A stretch of 64,000 nt of DNA from Octopus vulgaris (GCA_951406725.2 OX597820.1:23436001-23500000); one strand, 5' to 3'; shown: positions 14,031 to 27,245, numbered from the stretch's first letter. Notes: generated from the letters alone by a model not told the origin. Made by a program: numbers and translations.

Positions 14031-14795
14031 ATGTCCAGAGCTTGGAAACGTGATGAACTGGCGATGTTCCTGCGAGGATGGCAATGCGCTGACGGAGAAA
14101 GTCCAAGTAACATAATTGCGGCAGCACTAAGGAACAAAGGATTCAAAAGGACGTCAGCACAAATAGAGCGGAAGAGGCAAGAGTTCGTACGCTCATACGC
14201 ACTTGTCAGATCGCACATAAACACACTGGATGCCATTTTTAACAGCGAAAAATGCGAACAAAGTAAAGATGGCAAGGATGGAGACGCGGGCGCAGATGAG
14301 GAGGGTCACCCCCACCTGGTGGACGCCCAGGAAGAAAACTCCAGCGAGAGGCCTGCCCGGGAGGTGAACCCAGGTACGGATGCTCCTACCGGCACCAAAA
14401 GCCATGGACATGGAGATGAAGAGGCCAAAAAAAGAGGAAAAACTGAAGCTAAAACTCAGACAAAGCCAAGGGGCAAGGCAGCCAGGGATAGAGGCAAACC
14501 TAACTGTCCATATGCCAAAAAGGATGGAAACAAGCAGCGCACACGGGTATGTAGGTTCTACCTGAAAGGTGCCTTCCGGCATGGAGAGGAAGGTGCAGGC
14601 TGCCGCTTTGCACATCCGGGACCCTGCCACAGAAACCAACCACCGAAAGGAAATGGGATGGACCATGCATCACCGGCCCCAAAACGGAGGTACGCAGATG
14701 TGGTGCGTACCACAAACCACCAACGTGTTGTTGAAAGGGCAGCTGCTGAGCAGGAATCTTTTTGTGCATGGCACAAAAGATTGTACAGCAGCTAA
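14031..14795 (+). CDS. LINE ORF1-like protein with N-terminal Myb/SANT-like trihelix motif and CCCH-like zinc finger
   Basis: WKRDELAMFLRGW...IAAALRNKGFKRTSAQIERKRQEFVRSY (trihelix-like); CRFYLKGAFRHGEEGAGCRFAHP (degenerate CCCH); lies directly upstream of ORF2. Confidence 0.65.
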   Translation: MSRAWKRDELAMFLRGWQCADGESPSNIIAAALRNKGFKRTSAQIERKRQEFVRSYALVRSHINTLDAIFNSEKCEQSKDGKDGDAGADEEGHPHLVDAQEENSSERPAREVNPGTDAPTGTKSHGHGDEEAKKRGKTEAKTQTKPRGKAARDRGKPNCPYAKKDGNKQRTRVCRFYLKGAFRHGEEGAGCRFAHPGPCHRNQPPKGNGMDHASPAPKRRYADVVRTTNHQRVVERAAAEQESFCAWHKRLYSS

Positions 14796-14907
14796 CCTGG
14801 CTCCATCAGGCTCAGGCTCGCAGATGGAACTGCCCACGGTTCACAAGACCGCCACAGCAGATGGACCCAGGGTGGACACCACCGGCAACAGCATACACCT
14901 CACCTCG

Positions 14908-17351
14908 ATGCTCCTACTGAACATCAGAGGACTACTAACACACAGTAACAGGACAAAAGTCCCGTTCCTGAGAGACTTTGTCGCATGCAATCAAGCCTTA
15001 TGCATAGCACTCACAGAAACGCATCTGAAACCGGACATAGCAGATGCGGAATTACACATACCACAGTATGTTGTACTACGGACCGACAGGAAAGAAAGAA
15101 GTCATGGAGGAGTTGCTATGTACATCCGTGGGGACCTCACACCCCAGGTCCTTTTGTCATACTCAAACTCGGTGTGTGACACACTAATTGTACACATAAG
15201 GCAACTTGATGTAGTTGTGTGTGCTACATATCGCCCTCCAGATGCCCCAAGTCATATGGGCAAGTTTGAGGACTGCCTTTTAAAAATAGAAGAAGTTCTA
15301 ACCACATTAGAACAACACATAAGTGTACTTCTCATGGGAGACTTCAATCTACCGAATGTCAGATGGCCCGAGGGCCTTTCTCTTCCAGGAATGACAAGAT
15401 GTGAACGAGGACAGGCGAGGTCCCTCCTGAACCTCACCAACACCCTGTACATGGAGCAAGTAATACTCCAACCAACCAGAGCGGGTAACACACTGGATCT
15501 CTGCTTCACAAATAATATGGATCTCATCCATAATGTGAAAGTGACACCGACACTACTCTCGGATCACAACATGGTAGAGCTGACCATGTACGGGCCAAAA
15601 AAGAGCACGGACATGCAGCCTACAAGAAACCCTCAGAATCTTTCCAGCTTGAACTTCAATAAGGCAAACTGGAAACAAATTGAGAAAGAGATCCTCAAAC
15701 AAAACTGGCCTGAATGTCTCTCCTCGCCGGACATCGACAGGATACTTCAACAATTCATGTCTGTAATGCAAGCCATATGCTACAAATGTGTCCCAGAGAG
15801 AAAGGCCACTGTACACAAGAACAAAATCCCCAGAGAGAGAAAAATTTTAATGAGACGGCGTACAAAAATCTCAAATCGCCTAAACAAACAAATTGAAAGC
15901 AGTGAAAAGTCCCGCCTGAAAAAAAACTGTTGGAAATTGAAAATTGTCTGCAACTCTCCCATGAGAAGGAAAGAGCAGACAAAGAAGCCTGGGCTATAGA
16001 CAACATAAAAACTAACCCCAGAGCTTTCTACAGGTATGCCAAAGAAACAGCTACGGTGCACTGTAGGATAGGGCCACTCCTTGAAAAGGATGGCACACTC
16101 ACAGGAAAACCAATGAGGGTAAGTGAAATACTGAATGAACAATTCAAGAGTGTTTTCACATCAGAAATCCAAATCAGAAATCCAACTGACTTCTTTACCA
16201 CTGCAGATATAGAATCAGAGGCGGCGACGATAAATTACATCGATATAAAGGAAGACGATGTAATAAAGGCTATAGATGAAATGAAAATAGACTCAGCTAT
16301 TGGCCCCGATGGATTCCCGGCAATCCTCCTAAAAGTATGTAAGAGAGTCTTAGCAAGACCACTGCAGTTCCTCTTTCAGAGCTTCCTTGCAGCTGGCAAA
16401 CTTCCAGGAAAACTGAAGGAAGGTAAAATATGCCCTATTCATAAAGGAGGTAGCAGAGCGGAGGCCAAGAACTATAGACCTATCTCCCTGACCTCACACA
16501 TCAGCAAGGTCATGGAACGAATAGTCAGAAGGAAACTAATCACCTTCCTTGAAGAAAATGACTTGCTGCCTGACACCCAACATGGTTTCTGACCAGGAAG
16601 AAGCTGCTTAACTCAGCTCCTGCAGCACTATGACTGGGTGCTGAAACAACAGCTCAACCACTCAAATGTGGAAGTCATATATCTCGACTTCGCAAAGGCC
16701 TTCGATAAAGTCGATCATGGAATGATATGTCACAAACTGCGTGATCTTGGCATAGTTGGAAAACTAGGAGAATGGCTTCACGACTTTCTGAAGAATAGAA
16801 GTCAGGTGGTAGTAGCCAATGGGGCCACTTCCATTAGCACGCAAATAGTGAGCGGTGTTCCACAGGGCACTGTTTTGGGACCACTACTGTTCATAATGGC
16901 CCTCTCAGACATGCCCTCAGCCACGCGGAGAGCCACGATCACAAGTTATGCAGATGATACAAAAGTTTCACAGGCAATACAGAACCCTGAAGACACTAGG
17001 CACCTGCAATATGAGCTGGACGAAATATACAAGTGGGCTGAAAAGAATAGCATGCAGTTCAATGCTGAAAAGTTTCAAGCTTTATACTATCAGCATGCAA
17101 AACTGAATGCAATACCCAAGGAATACACTGGACCCGGAGGGATTGCAATCCCAGAGGCACAATCAGTGCGTGACCTGGGTATTCACATGAGTGATGACGC
17201 GACCTTTCATGTACATGTTGCTAAACTGACAATGAAATGCAGACGGCTGGCTGGATGGATTCTTAGAACCTTTAGAACAAGAGAACAAGAAACCATGATG
17301 GTCCTCTGGAAGACACTTGTCCTAAGTCACTTTGACTATTGCTCTCAGCTA
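14908..17351 (+). pseudogene. LINE ORF2 (APE endonuclease plus reverse transcriptase), disrupted
   Basis: LLLNIRGL, IALTETHL, GGVAMY, YRPP, LMGDFN, LDLCF, LSDH (APE); [32 protein letters not shown] (RT). Frameshift near the A-run at ~15920; in-frame TGA at 16590-16592 where copy 1 has CGA. Confidence 0.9.
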
Positions 17352-19111
17352 TATATACACACATATACATATATATATACACACATATACATATATATAT
17401 ACACACATATACATATATATATACACACATATACATATATATATACACACATATACATATATATATACACACATATACATATATATATACACACACATAT
17501 ATATATATATATACACACACATATATATATATATATATACACACACACATATATATATATATACACACACATATATATATACACACACATACATATATAT
17601 ATACACACACATACATATATATATACACACACATATACACATATATACACACATATATATATACATACACACATATATACACACATATACATATATATAC
17701 AGACATACATATATATACACACATATACATATAGATATATATACACAGACATATACATATAGATATATATACACACAGACATATACAGAGATATATATAC
17801 ACACACATATACATAGATATATATACACACACATATACATAGATATATATACACACACACATATACATAGATATGTATACACACACACATATACATAGAT
17901 ATGTATACACACACATATACATAGATATGTATACACACACATATACATAGATATTATATATATACATACACATATATACACACACATATAGATATATATA
18001 CACACATACACATATATACACACACATACACATATATACACACACATACACATATATACACACACATACACATATATATACAGACATACATATATATACA
18101 CACATATACATATAGATATATATACACAGACATATACTTATAGATATATATACACACAGACATATACATAGATATATATACACACACATATACATAGATA
18201 TATATACACAAACATATACATAGATATGTATACACACACATATACATAGATATGTATACACACACATATACATAGATATGTATACACACACATATACATA
18301 GATATGTATACACACACATATACATAGATATGTATACACACACATATACATAGATATGTATACACACACATATACATAGATATGTATACACACACATATA
18401 CATATAGATATATACACACACACATATACATATAGATATATACACACACACATATACATATAGATATATACACACACACATATAGATATATACACACACA
18501 CATATACATATAGATATATATACACATACACACACACATATAGATATATATACACACACACATATATACACACACACACATATATATACACACACACATA
18601 TATATATACACACATATATATATATATACACACACATATATATATATATACACACACACATATATATATATATACACACACACATATATATACACACACA
18701 CATATATATACACACACACACATATATATACACACACACACACATATATATATATACACACACACACACATATATATATATACATACACACACACATATA
18801 TATATATACATACACACACACACATATATATATATACACACACACACACACATATATATATATACACACACACATATATATATACACACACATATATATA
18901 TATACACACACATATATATATACACACACACACATATATATATATACACACACACATATATATATATACACACACACATATATATATATACACACACACA
19001 TATATATATATACACACACACATATATATATATACACACACACATATATATATACACACACACATATATATATATATACACACACATATATATATATACA
19101 CACACACACAC

Positions 19112-19142
<31 letters not shown>

Positions 19143-19657
19143 TATATATACACACACACACACACATATATATATACACACACACACACACACATATATA
19201 TACACACACACACACATATATATATATACACACACACACACATATATATACACACACACACATATATATACACACACACACATATATATACACACACACA
19301 CATATATATACACACATATATATACACACACACATATATATATATATACACACACATATATATATATATACACACACACACATATATATATATACACACA
19401 CACACATATATATATATACACACACACACACATATATATATACACACACACATATATATATATACACACACACACATATATATATATACACACACACACA
19501 CACATATATATATACACACACATATATATACACACACATATATATATATATACACACACACATATATATATATACACACACATATATATATACACACACA
19601 CACATATATATATATACACACACATATATATATATACACACACATATATATATATAT

Positions 19658-19698
<41 letters not shown>

Positions 19699-20005
19699 TA
19701 TATATATATATACACACACATATATATATATATACACACACACATATATATATATACACACACACACATATATATATACACACACACATATATATATATA
19801 TATACACACACATATATATATATATACACACACACATATATATATACACACACACACATATATATATACACACACACACACACATATATATACACACACA
19901 CACATATATATATATATACACACATATATATACACACACACACATATATATATACACACACACACACATATATATATATACACACACATATATATATATA
20001 TATAT

Positions 20006-20046
<41 letters not shown>

Positions 20047-20249
20047 TATATATATATATATACATACACACACATATATATATATATACATACACACACA
20101 TATATATATACACACACACACATATATATATATACACACACACATATATATATACACACACACACATATATATATACACACACACATATATATATATACA
20201 CACACATATATATATATATACACACACATATATATATATACATACACAC

Positions 20250-20284
<35 letters not shown>

Positions 20285-20399
20285 TATATATACACACACA
20301 CACACATATATATATACACACACACACATATATATATATACACACACACATATATATATACACACACACACATATATATATATATATACACACACACAC

Positions 20400-20444
<45 letters not shown>

Positions 20445-20559
20445 CACACACACATATATATATATATATACACACACACATATATATATATACACACACA
20501 TATATATATATATACACACACACATATATATATATATACACACACACATATATATATAT

Positions 20560-20610
<51 letters not shown>

Positions 20611-20746
20611 TACATCTATACACTCACATATACATATATATACACACATGCGTATATATCCACACACGTGTAAATGTATACACACGTATAGATATATACA
20701 CACATGTACATATATATATATACACACGTATACATATATCTACATA
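17352..20746. repeat. Long (TA)n(CA)n compound microsatellite with 26-bp sub-units
   Basis: Alternating TA and CA runs; atatacatagatatgtatacacacac repeated around 18215-18395. Confidence 0.95.
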
Positions 20747-21025
20747 TGCCAGCGCCGCCTCGACTGGCTTCCGTGCCGGTGGCACGTAAAATACACCAAT
20801 CCGACCGTGGCCGTTGCCAGCCTCGCCTGGCACCTGTGCAAGTGGCACGTAAAAAGCACCCACTACACTCACGGAGTGGTTGGCGTTAGGAAGGGCATCC
20901 AGCTGTAGAAACATTGCCAGATAAGACTGGAGCCTGGTGCAGCCTTCTGGCTTCCCAGATCCCCGGTCGAACCGTCCAACCCATGCTAGCATGGAGAACG
21001 GGCGTTAAATGATGATGATGATGAT
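20747..21025 (+). mobile_element. RTE LINE 3' UTR fragment with (GAT)n tail
   Basis: Reverse-complement homologue of the 3' UTR at 6908-7250; its distal part matches 4659-4808. Confidence 0.8.
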
Positions 21026-21416
21026 AATAATCGCATAACCACATATACATATAACCATACATATTCTTTTACGTGTTTCAATCATTTGACTGCAGCACCG
21101 CCTTAAAAGTTCATATTCAAAGAAATCGTCCCAGGACATATTCTATTGCTCTCTTTTACTAAGTTACGGAGACATAAACACACGTGTAGATGTGTCTCTT
21201 CGGGTGATAAATAGATATAACTCGTTAAAATAACAGTTCCACAGTGTATCTTCATTTCGTGTAAAGAAAAGCAACAAATTAAAGGATATAGTTTCATTAA
21301 TATAGCATATCAATAATAAAATAGAAGATGCAAAAATGTGGATATAAGTCTATATAGATGTACATATTCGTTTATATATACGTGGTTATGCGTTTATATA
21401 TATATATATATATATA

Positions 21417-22030
21417 ATTAATTAATAAGGGTGAGAGAATTAGATACTAATTTAATAGTATATTTATTCCACACCAAGTGGCCTAGTGCTACGAGAAACC
21501 TGGATTATTATAATATTTTATAACATATTATAATATTTTCACAAAATAAATATAAGAGAGTGGTCACTATATTAATCACTCTAGCACCAGTTAATCCAAA
21601 AGGTTTCAACCACGAAGATACATGTTTCCCATGAAAGCCAGTACGACTGTTAGCTCACACGGACAGGGCAAATAAAAAATAACAAAAATACAGATTATTT
21701 TGGGACAATTGTTTCGCTATTAATGAATTAAATGTAACATTACTTACAATAATCCATTTGTAGCTCTTCAGCCAAGACTATCTGGATGAAATCATCCAGA
21801 TAGTCTTGGCTGAAGAGCTACAAATGGATTATTGTAAGTAATGTTACATTTAATTCATTAATAGCGAAACAATTGTCCCAAAATAATCTGTATTTTTGTT
21901 ATTTTTTATTTGCCCTGTCCGTGTGAGCTAACAGTCGTACTGGCTTTCATGGGAAACATGTATCTTCGTGGTTGAAACCTTTTGGATTAACTGGTGCTAG
22001 AGTGATTAATATAGTGACCACTCTCTTATA

Positions 22031-22037
<7 letters not shown>
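21417..22037. mobile_element. Fold-back element (494-bp palindrome 21544-22037 plus ~125-bp tail) between (TA)n tracts; Penelope-like pseudo-LTR/retrozyme remnant
   Basis: 246-bp arms, exact reverse complements by eye, around a 2-nt spacer (tctggatga-aa-tcatccaga); contains a hammerhead motif. Confidence 0.8.
21806..21881 (+). ncRNA. Type I hammerhead ribozyme (mirror copy on minus strand 21700-21775)
   Basis: ttgg CTGAAGA gcta-(41-nt loop)-tagc GAAAC aatt GTC ccaa. Canonical core, 4-bp stem II, palindromic stem III acaattgt, stem I ttgg/ccaa; predicted cleavage after 21877. Confidence 0.8.
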
Positions 22038-22080
<43 letters not shown>

Positions 22081-22366
22081 TTTCTCGATCAAGCAAGTGA
22101 ACCGCCCACTTATTCAATTATTGCCTAAGTGACTATATCATAGGCACTTGTACTCTGAACCTAATTCGTACACAGAAATCAACATGGCACGATTGTCTGA
22201 CAAAACCGTCCGGATGCAGTCAGAGGAACGAAAGAGCCAACAGGCTTCTCCAGTTTCCATGGATCAACCAGTGTCAAAGACCATAGCTCCTCATGATTCC
22301 CAAACAAACTTCTTATCCACTGGACGTGCCGGCGTCCACACATATGCACAAGACAGACATGTCTTC

Positions 22367-22601
22367 ATACACACACACACACTCATATATACACACACAC
22401 ACATATACATACACACACACACATACATATACATACACACACACACACATATACATACATACACACACACACATATACATACACACACACATATATACAT
22501 ACACACACACACATATATACATACACACACACATATATACATACACACACATATATACATACACACACACATATATACATACACACACACATACATACAC
22601 A

Positions 22602-22661
<60 letters not shown>

Positions 22662-23071
22662 TACACACACCTATATACATACACACACACATACATACAT
22701 ACACACACATATACATACTCACACACACACACACACATACTCACACACATATATATATACATACTTACACACACACATATATACATACTCACACACACAC
22801 ATATATACATACTCACACACACACATACATACTCACACACACACATATACATACTCACACACACACATATACATACTCACACACACACACATATACATAC
22901 TCACACACACACACATACATACTCACACACACACATACATACTCACACACACACACATATACATACTCACACACACACATATACATACTCACACACACAC
23001 ATATACATACTCACACACACACATATACATATACATACTCACACACACACACACACACACATATATATACT

Positions 23072-23103
<32 letters not shown>

Positions 23104-23287
23104 CATATACATACACACACACACATATATACATACTCACACACACATATATACATACTCACACACACACATATATACATACTCACACATATATACATAC
23201 ACACACACATATATACATATACACATATACATACTCACTCACACACATATATACATACTCACACATATATATATATAAATATATATA
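22367..23287. repeat. (CA)n/(CATA)/(CATACT) complex microsatellite
   Basis: Direct reading of the sequence. Confidence 0.95.
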
Positions 23288-23898
23288 GCGAGAGAGAGAG
23301 AGAAAAGCTCGTGTGTATGTGTGTTTGTCCTCCACCACCACCATCACCACCACCACCACCGCTTGACAACTGGTATTGGTGTGTTTACAAGACTTAAAAA
23401 AAAAAAAAAAGTACTGAGGTGGGGGGAGTCTTCATTCGACTAAAAGTTCTTCGAGGTGGTGCCTCAGCATGGCCGCAGTCTAATGACTGAATGTGTGTGT
23501 GCGATCTAAATATTCTTTCAAATAAAAATCAGAGCAACTTATATAAAATAAAAATTAATACATGTCCATGTAGCACACACATACGCACACATTGCATAGT
23601 TACATACACACACACAGAGTGGCATAAATACGCTGAATTGAATGTATGGTTCTTTGCGGTTTTATCTAGAACAACCATCTTTAATTCTTGGAACTGTTCG
23701 TGACTTGTCCGTTCCAATCTTCGAGATGTGCAGCTCCGGTACACATGTCCTGGAAGCAAGAATCTCGGAGCAGCGACTCAACTCTGTGGAAGCTTTGAAT
23801 AAATGTTACAAGTAAACGCGCGCGCACACACACAAGCGTGAACATACAAATACATACGCGTGTCTGTGTGTATATAGGTATATATGTATAGCCCTTCG

Positions 23899-23900
<2 letters not shown>

Positions 23901-23945
<45 letters not shown>

Positions 23946-24273
23946 ACACACGGATATCTATATATATACATACACACACGGATATCTATATATATACATA
24001 CACACGGATATCTATATATATACATACACACACTATATATACACACACATATATATAAACACACACACACATATATATATATACACACATATATATACAT
24101 AGATACACACACATATTATACACATACACACACACACACACACATACACACACACATATACACAAATACACACACATACACACACACATATATATACATA
24201 CACACACATATACACACACATATATACACATACACACACACATACATATACATACACACACACACACACACAT

Positions 24274-24334
<61 letters not shown>

Positions 24335-24573
24335 ATTACATGTATATATCTGAGAGGAAACAGAGGCAGGCATGCAAATCATCCGAAACTCCCCTCACCC
24401 ATCATAACCATTTATTTATTTTATTTTATTAAAATTTTTTTTTAGAACAAATTTCAATACATTCATAATATACACGATCTGAAATGTATTTGTAGAAAAT
24501 TTCATTAAAAAAATGTCTATTTTTCTGAAAATTACAAAACAAAATCGGGAGGGGTAAAAACAAACGTAAAGGT

Positions 24574-24618
<45 letters not shown>

Positions 24619-24685
24619 CTCGTGTATATAAGTGTATGAATGTATACAGACATACACATACATGTATATACACATATAAATGTAT

Positions 24686-24725
<40 letters not shown>

Positions 24726-25051
24726 TCATGTGTATATAAGTGTATGAATGTATTCAGACATACACATACATGTATATACACATATAAATGTATACACACA
24801 CACACATATATATATATACTCATGTGTATATAAGTGTATGAACGTATACAGACATACACATACATGTATACACACACACACATATATATATATATACTCA
24901 TGTGTATATAAGTGTATGAATGTATACAGACATACACATACATGTATATACACATATAAATGTATAAAAACATGTATATAGACATGTACACAGGCATGTA
25001 TATATATATATATATATATATACATACATACACACATACAAAAACACACAC

Positions 25052-25087
<36 letters not shown>

Positions 25088-25250
25088 TCATGTGTATGTA
25101 TATAAGTGTATGAATGTATACAGACATACACATACATGTATAAAAACATGTATATAGACACATGTACACAGGCATGTATATATATACACACACGTATACA
25201 GACGTCACACTTGTGTATATACACCATATATAAATATATATACACACTTA
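23901..25250. repeat. Microsatellite/minisatellite region with an ~80-110 bp degenerate unit
   Basis: Recurrent ctcatgtgtatataagtgtatgaatgtatacagacatacacatacatgtat blocks at 24618-25140. Confidence 0.85.
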
Positions 25251-25366
25251 TAAATATGAAATAAAATGAAATAGTCAAAGAGATGGCGATAATGATTTTT
25301 TTTTTTTAAATGAAAGAAATTAAAACCAAAAAAACACATTTACTCCTTAAATAATCTAAAACTTAC

Positions 25367-26098
25367 TGTAGCCATTATTTCCTCGTCCACATCTTGCTCC
25401 GGTTCTGCCCAGTCTACAGCAATATTTTGGCCCCACAGCTGAATGCGACCAGGGATCAGCTTCCTTCGAGCCATAGCCGCCGCCCGGTGACTCTCGTACT
25501 CCACGAAAGCGAATCCTCTGTTCTTGCTCTTGTCATGCACGCTTGGATAAACTATAACGTCGGCCACACCATCGGTGATTTTCCTCATTTCGTTGAGGAT
25601 CTCCTCTTTCTGTTTCATTTTAGGGATGCCGCCTACAAACAGCCGGCAGTTGTCCACGCTGGCACACACTCCCAAGAAACGGCCCTTTCGAATTTGGAAG
25701 TTGTTGAGTTCTTTGATGGCCGTCCGAGCGTTGGATTTGTCTGTGTACATGACGAAGGCGAACCCCCGGTTATATCCACTGAAATCCATCATGAGACGGA
25801 ACTCGTATATGCAACCAATTTTCTGAAAAACCGGGACCAGTTCGTCTTCAAAACAATCCCGAGGAATTTTACCAATGAAAACTTCACAGCCCCGAGACGG
25901 AGGAGGGCCGGTCCAACCGGGTGGAGGACCGAATTTCCTCTGACCATTTTCCTGCATCATACTGAAGCCGGTCTTCTCCATTAATGCCAGCAATGCTGTC
26001 GCATTGGCCGCGTCGGAGATTGTTTGTGAAGTTTTGTTTCTGTCTTCGTTGGTGGAAATGGCAGTCTTGGAGATGTCTTTTATCCCGTTGTTGTCCAT
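25367..26098 (-). CDS. First coding exon (244 codons; N-terminal region, RRM1, RRM2) of an A1CF/RBM47/RBM46-family RNA-binding protein
   Basis: [96 protein letters not shown]. Phase-0 donor GTAAGT at 25366-25361 after ...EIMAT, where the family continues into RRM3. Confidence 0.93.
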
Positions 26099-26214
26099 GG
26101 TTCAAGTCACAAGGAAATATAACTTTCACGGTCTCCGGTTAAGTGAACTCTAGCGTGAGTGTCACTATGTGTGACAAGGCAACAGATTTACTTCAGCCGA
26201 CTTCTACTTAATTT

Positions 26215-26940
26215 TTTTTTCTCTTTCTCTTTCTCTAATTATAACTTTCTATCTATCTCCTTTCTTCTTCTTCTTCTTCGTCGTCGTCGTCGTATTTATG
26301 TATATCTCTCCTCTATTATTTTCTGTATCTGTTTATTTGTTTCGCTTTATCGCACTGTCTCCTTCTACATTCACTCATATCTCTTTCTCTCACTCTTTCT
26401 TTCTTCTACCCCCCTCTCTCTCCCTCTCACTCTTATATTTCCCTCTCACTCTTTCTTTCTTCTACCCCCTCTCTCTCCCTCTCACTCTTATATTTCCCTC
26501 TCACTCACTTTCTTTCTCAATATATCTATAACTCTTCGTCTCTCTCACTCTACTCCCCCTTCCTCGTTTTTCACACATTTTTCTTTATTACACTCACCCT
26601 CAAGTCTATTTCTCATTCAGTCCGTCACTCACTCATACAGTCTATAACTTTCCCTCTCTTTCAATGCCTATTTATGTCATATACTTTATCTCTCCTCTTC
26701 CTTTTCCCCCCTATCGCGTTCATTCTCTTTTTATTTTATTTGTTTGTTTTATCTTGGTCCCTCCTTTTCATGCTTTCTCTTTCTCTTTCCTCCCACTTCT
26801 ATTAACTCTACACAAACTTTCGCTCTTCCTTTCCCTCTCACTATAATCCTTCAATTTTTCACCTCCTTTAACTGTACCTTTTTCTATAACTTTGCCAAAC
26901 AATTCTTTACCCCTGTTCAACCTTCTACCCCTTCTATACA
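26215..26940. repeat. CT-rich (GA-rich on gene strand) low-complexity region upstream of the RRM gene start codon
   Basis: Polypyrimidine/(CT)n composition; may be 5' UTR or promoter (inference). Confidence 0.6.
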
Positions 26941-27010
26941 CATGTATATATTTATAATATATATATATATATGTATGTGTGTGTATTATATATATGTATG
27001 TGTGTGTATT

Positions 27011-27116
27011 ATATATATATATGTATATATACACACACATATATATATGTACACCCGCGCGCATACACTGATATATGTATGTCTGTAAGTATATACAATT
27101 TACACACACACACACA

Positions 27117-27162
<46 letters not shown>

Positions 27163-27245
27163 CACACATATATATATGTACACCCGCGCGCATACACTGA
27201 TATATGTATGTCTGTAAGTATATACAATTTACACACACACACACA

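Larger units (their letters stand above)
13816..17351 (+). mobile_element. Near-full-length CR1-type LINE of the same family (5' UTR, ORF1, ORF2 APE-RT), 3'-truncated at a microsatellite
   Basis: ORF1 14031-14795; ORF2 endonuclease and RT motifs; 16378-17351 is highly similar to 12197-13170. Confidence 0.92.

Noticed and set aside
22148-22366. ORF start MARLSDKTVRMQSEERK...
   Set aside because: It runs into (CA)n and has no recognisable domain; not called a CDS.
23620-23810. Unique segment considered as the missing RRM3 exon
   Set aside because: The translations I checked show no RNP motifs or VKILYVRNL-like sequence.
4669-24382. Many long ORFs (up to 1151 aa) rich in I/Y/H/T/C/V/M
   Set aside because: They are translations of stop-free microsatellite, open in several frames on both strands; not genes.
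25340-25366. ORF tail VSFRLFKE* of the RRM protein
   Set aside because: It begins at a canonical GTAAGT donor where family similarity ends, so it is intronic read-through.
25394-25984. Plus-strand 196-aa and 83-aa ORFs
   Set aside because: Antisense shadows of the RRM exon.
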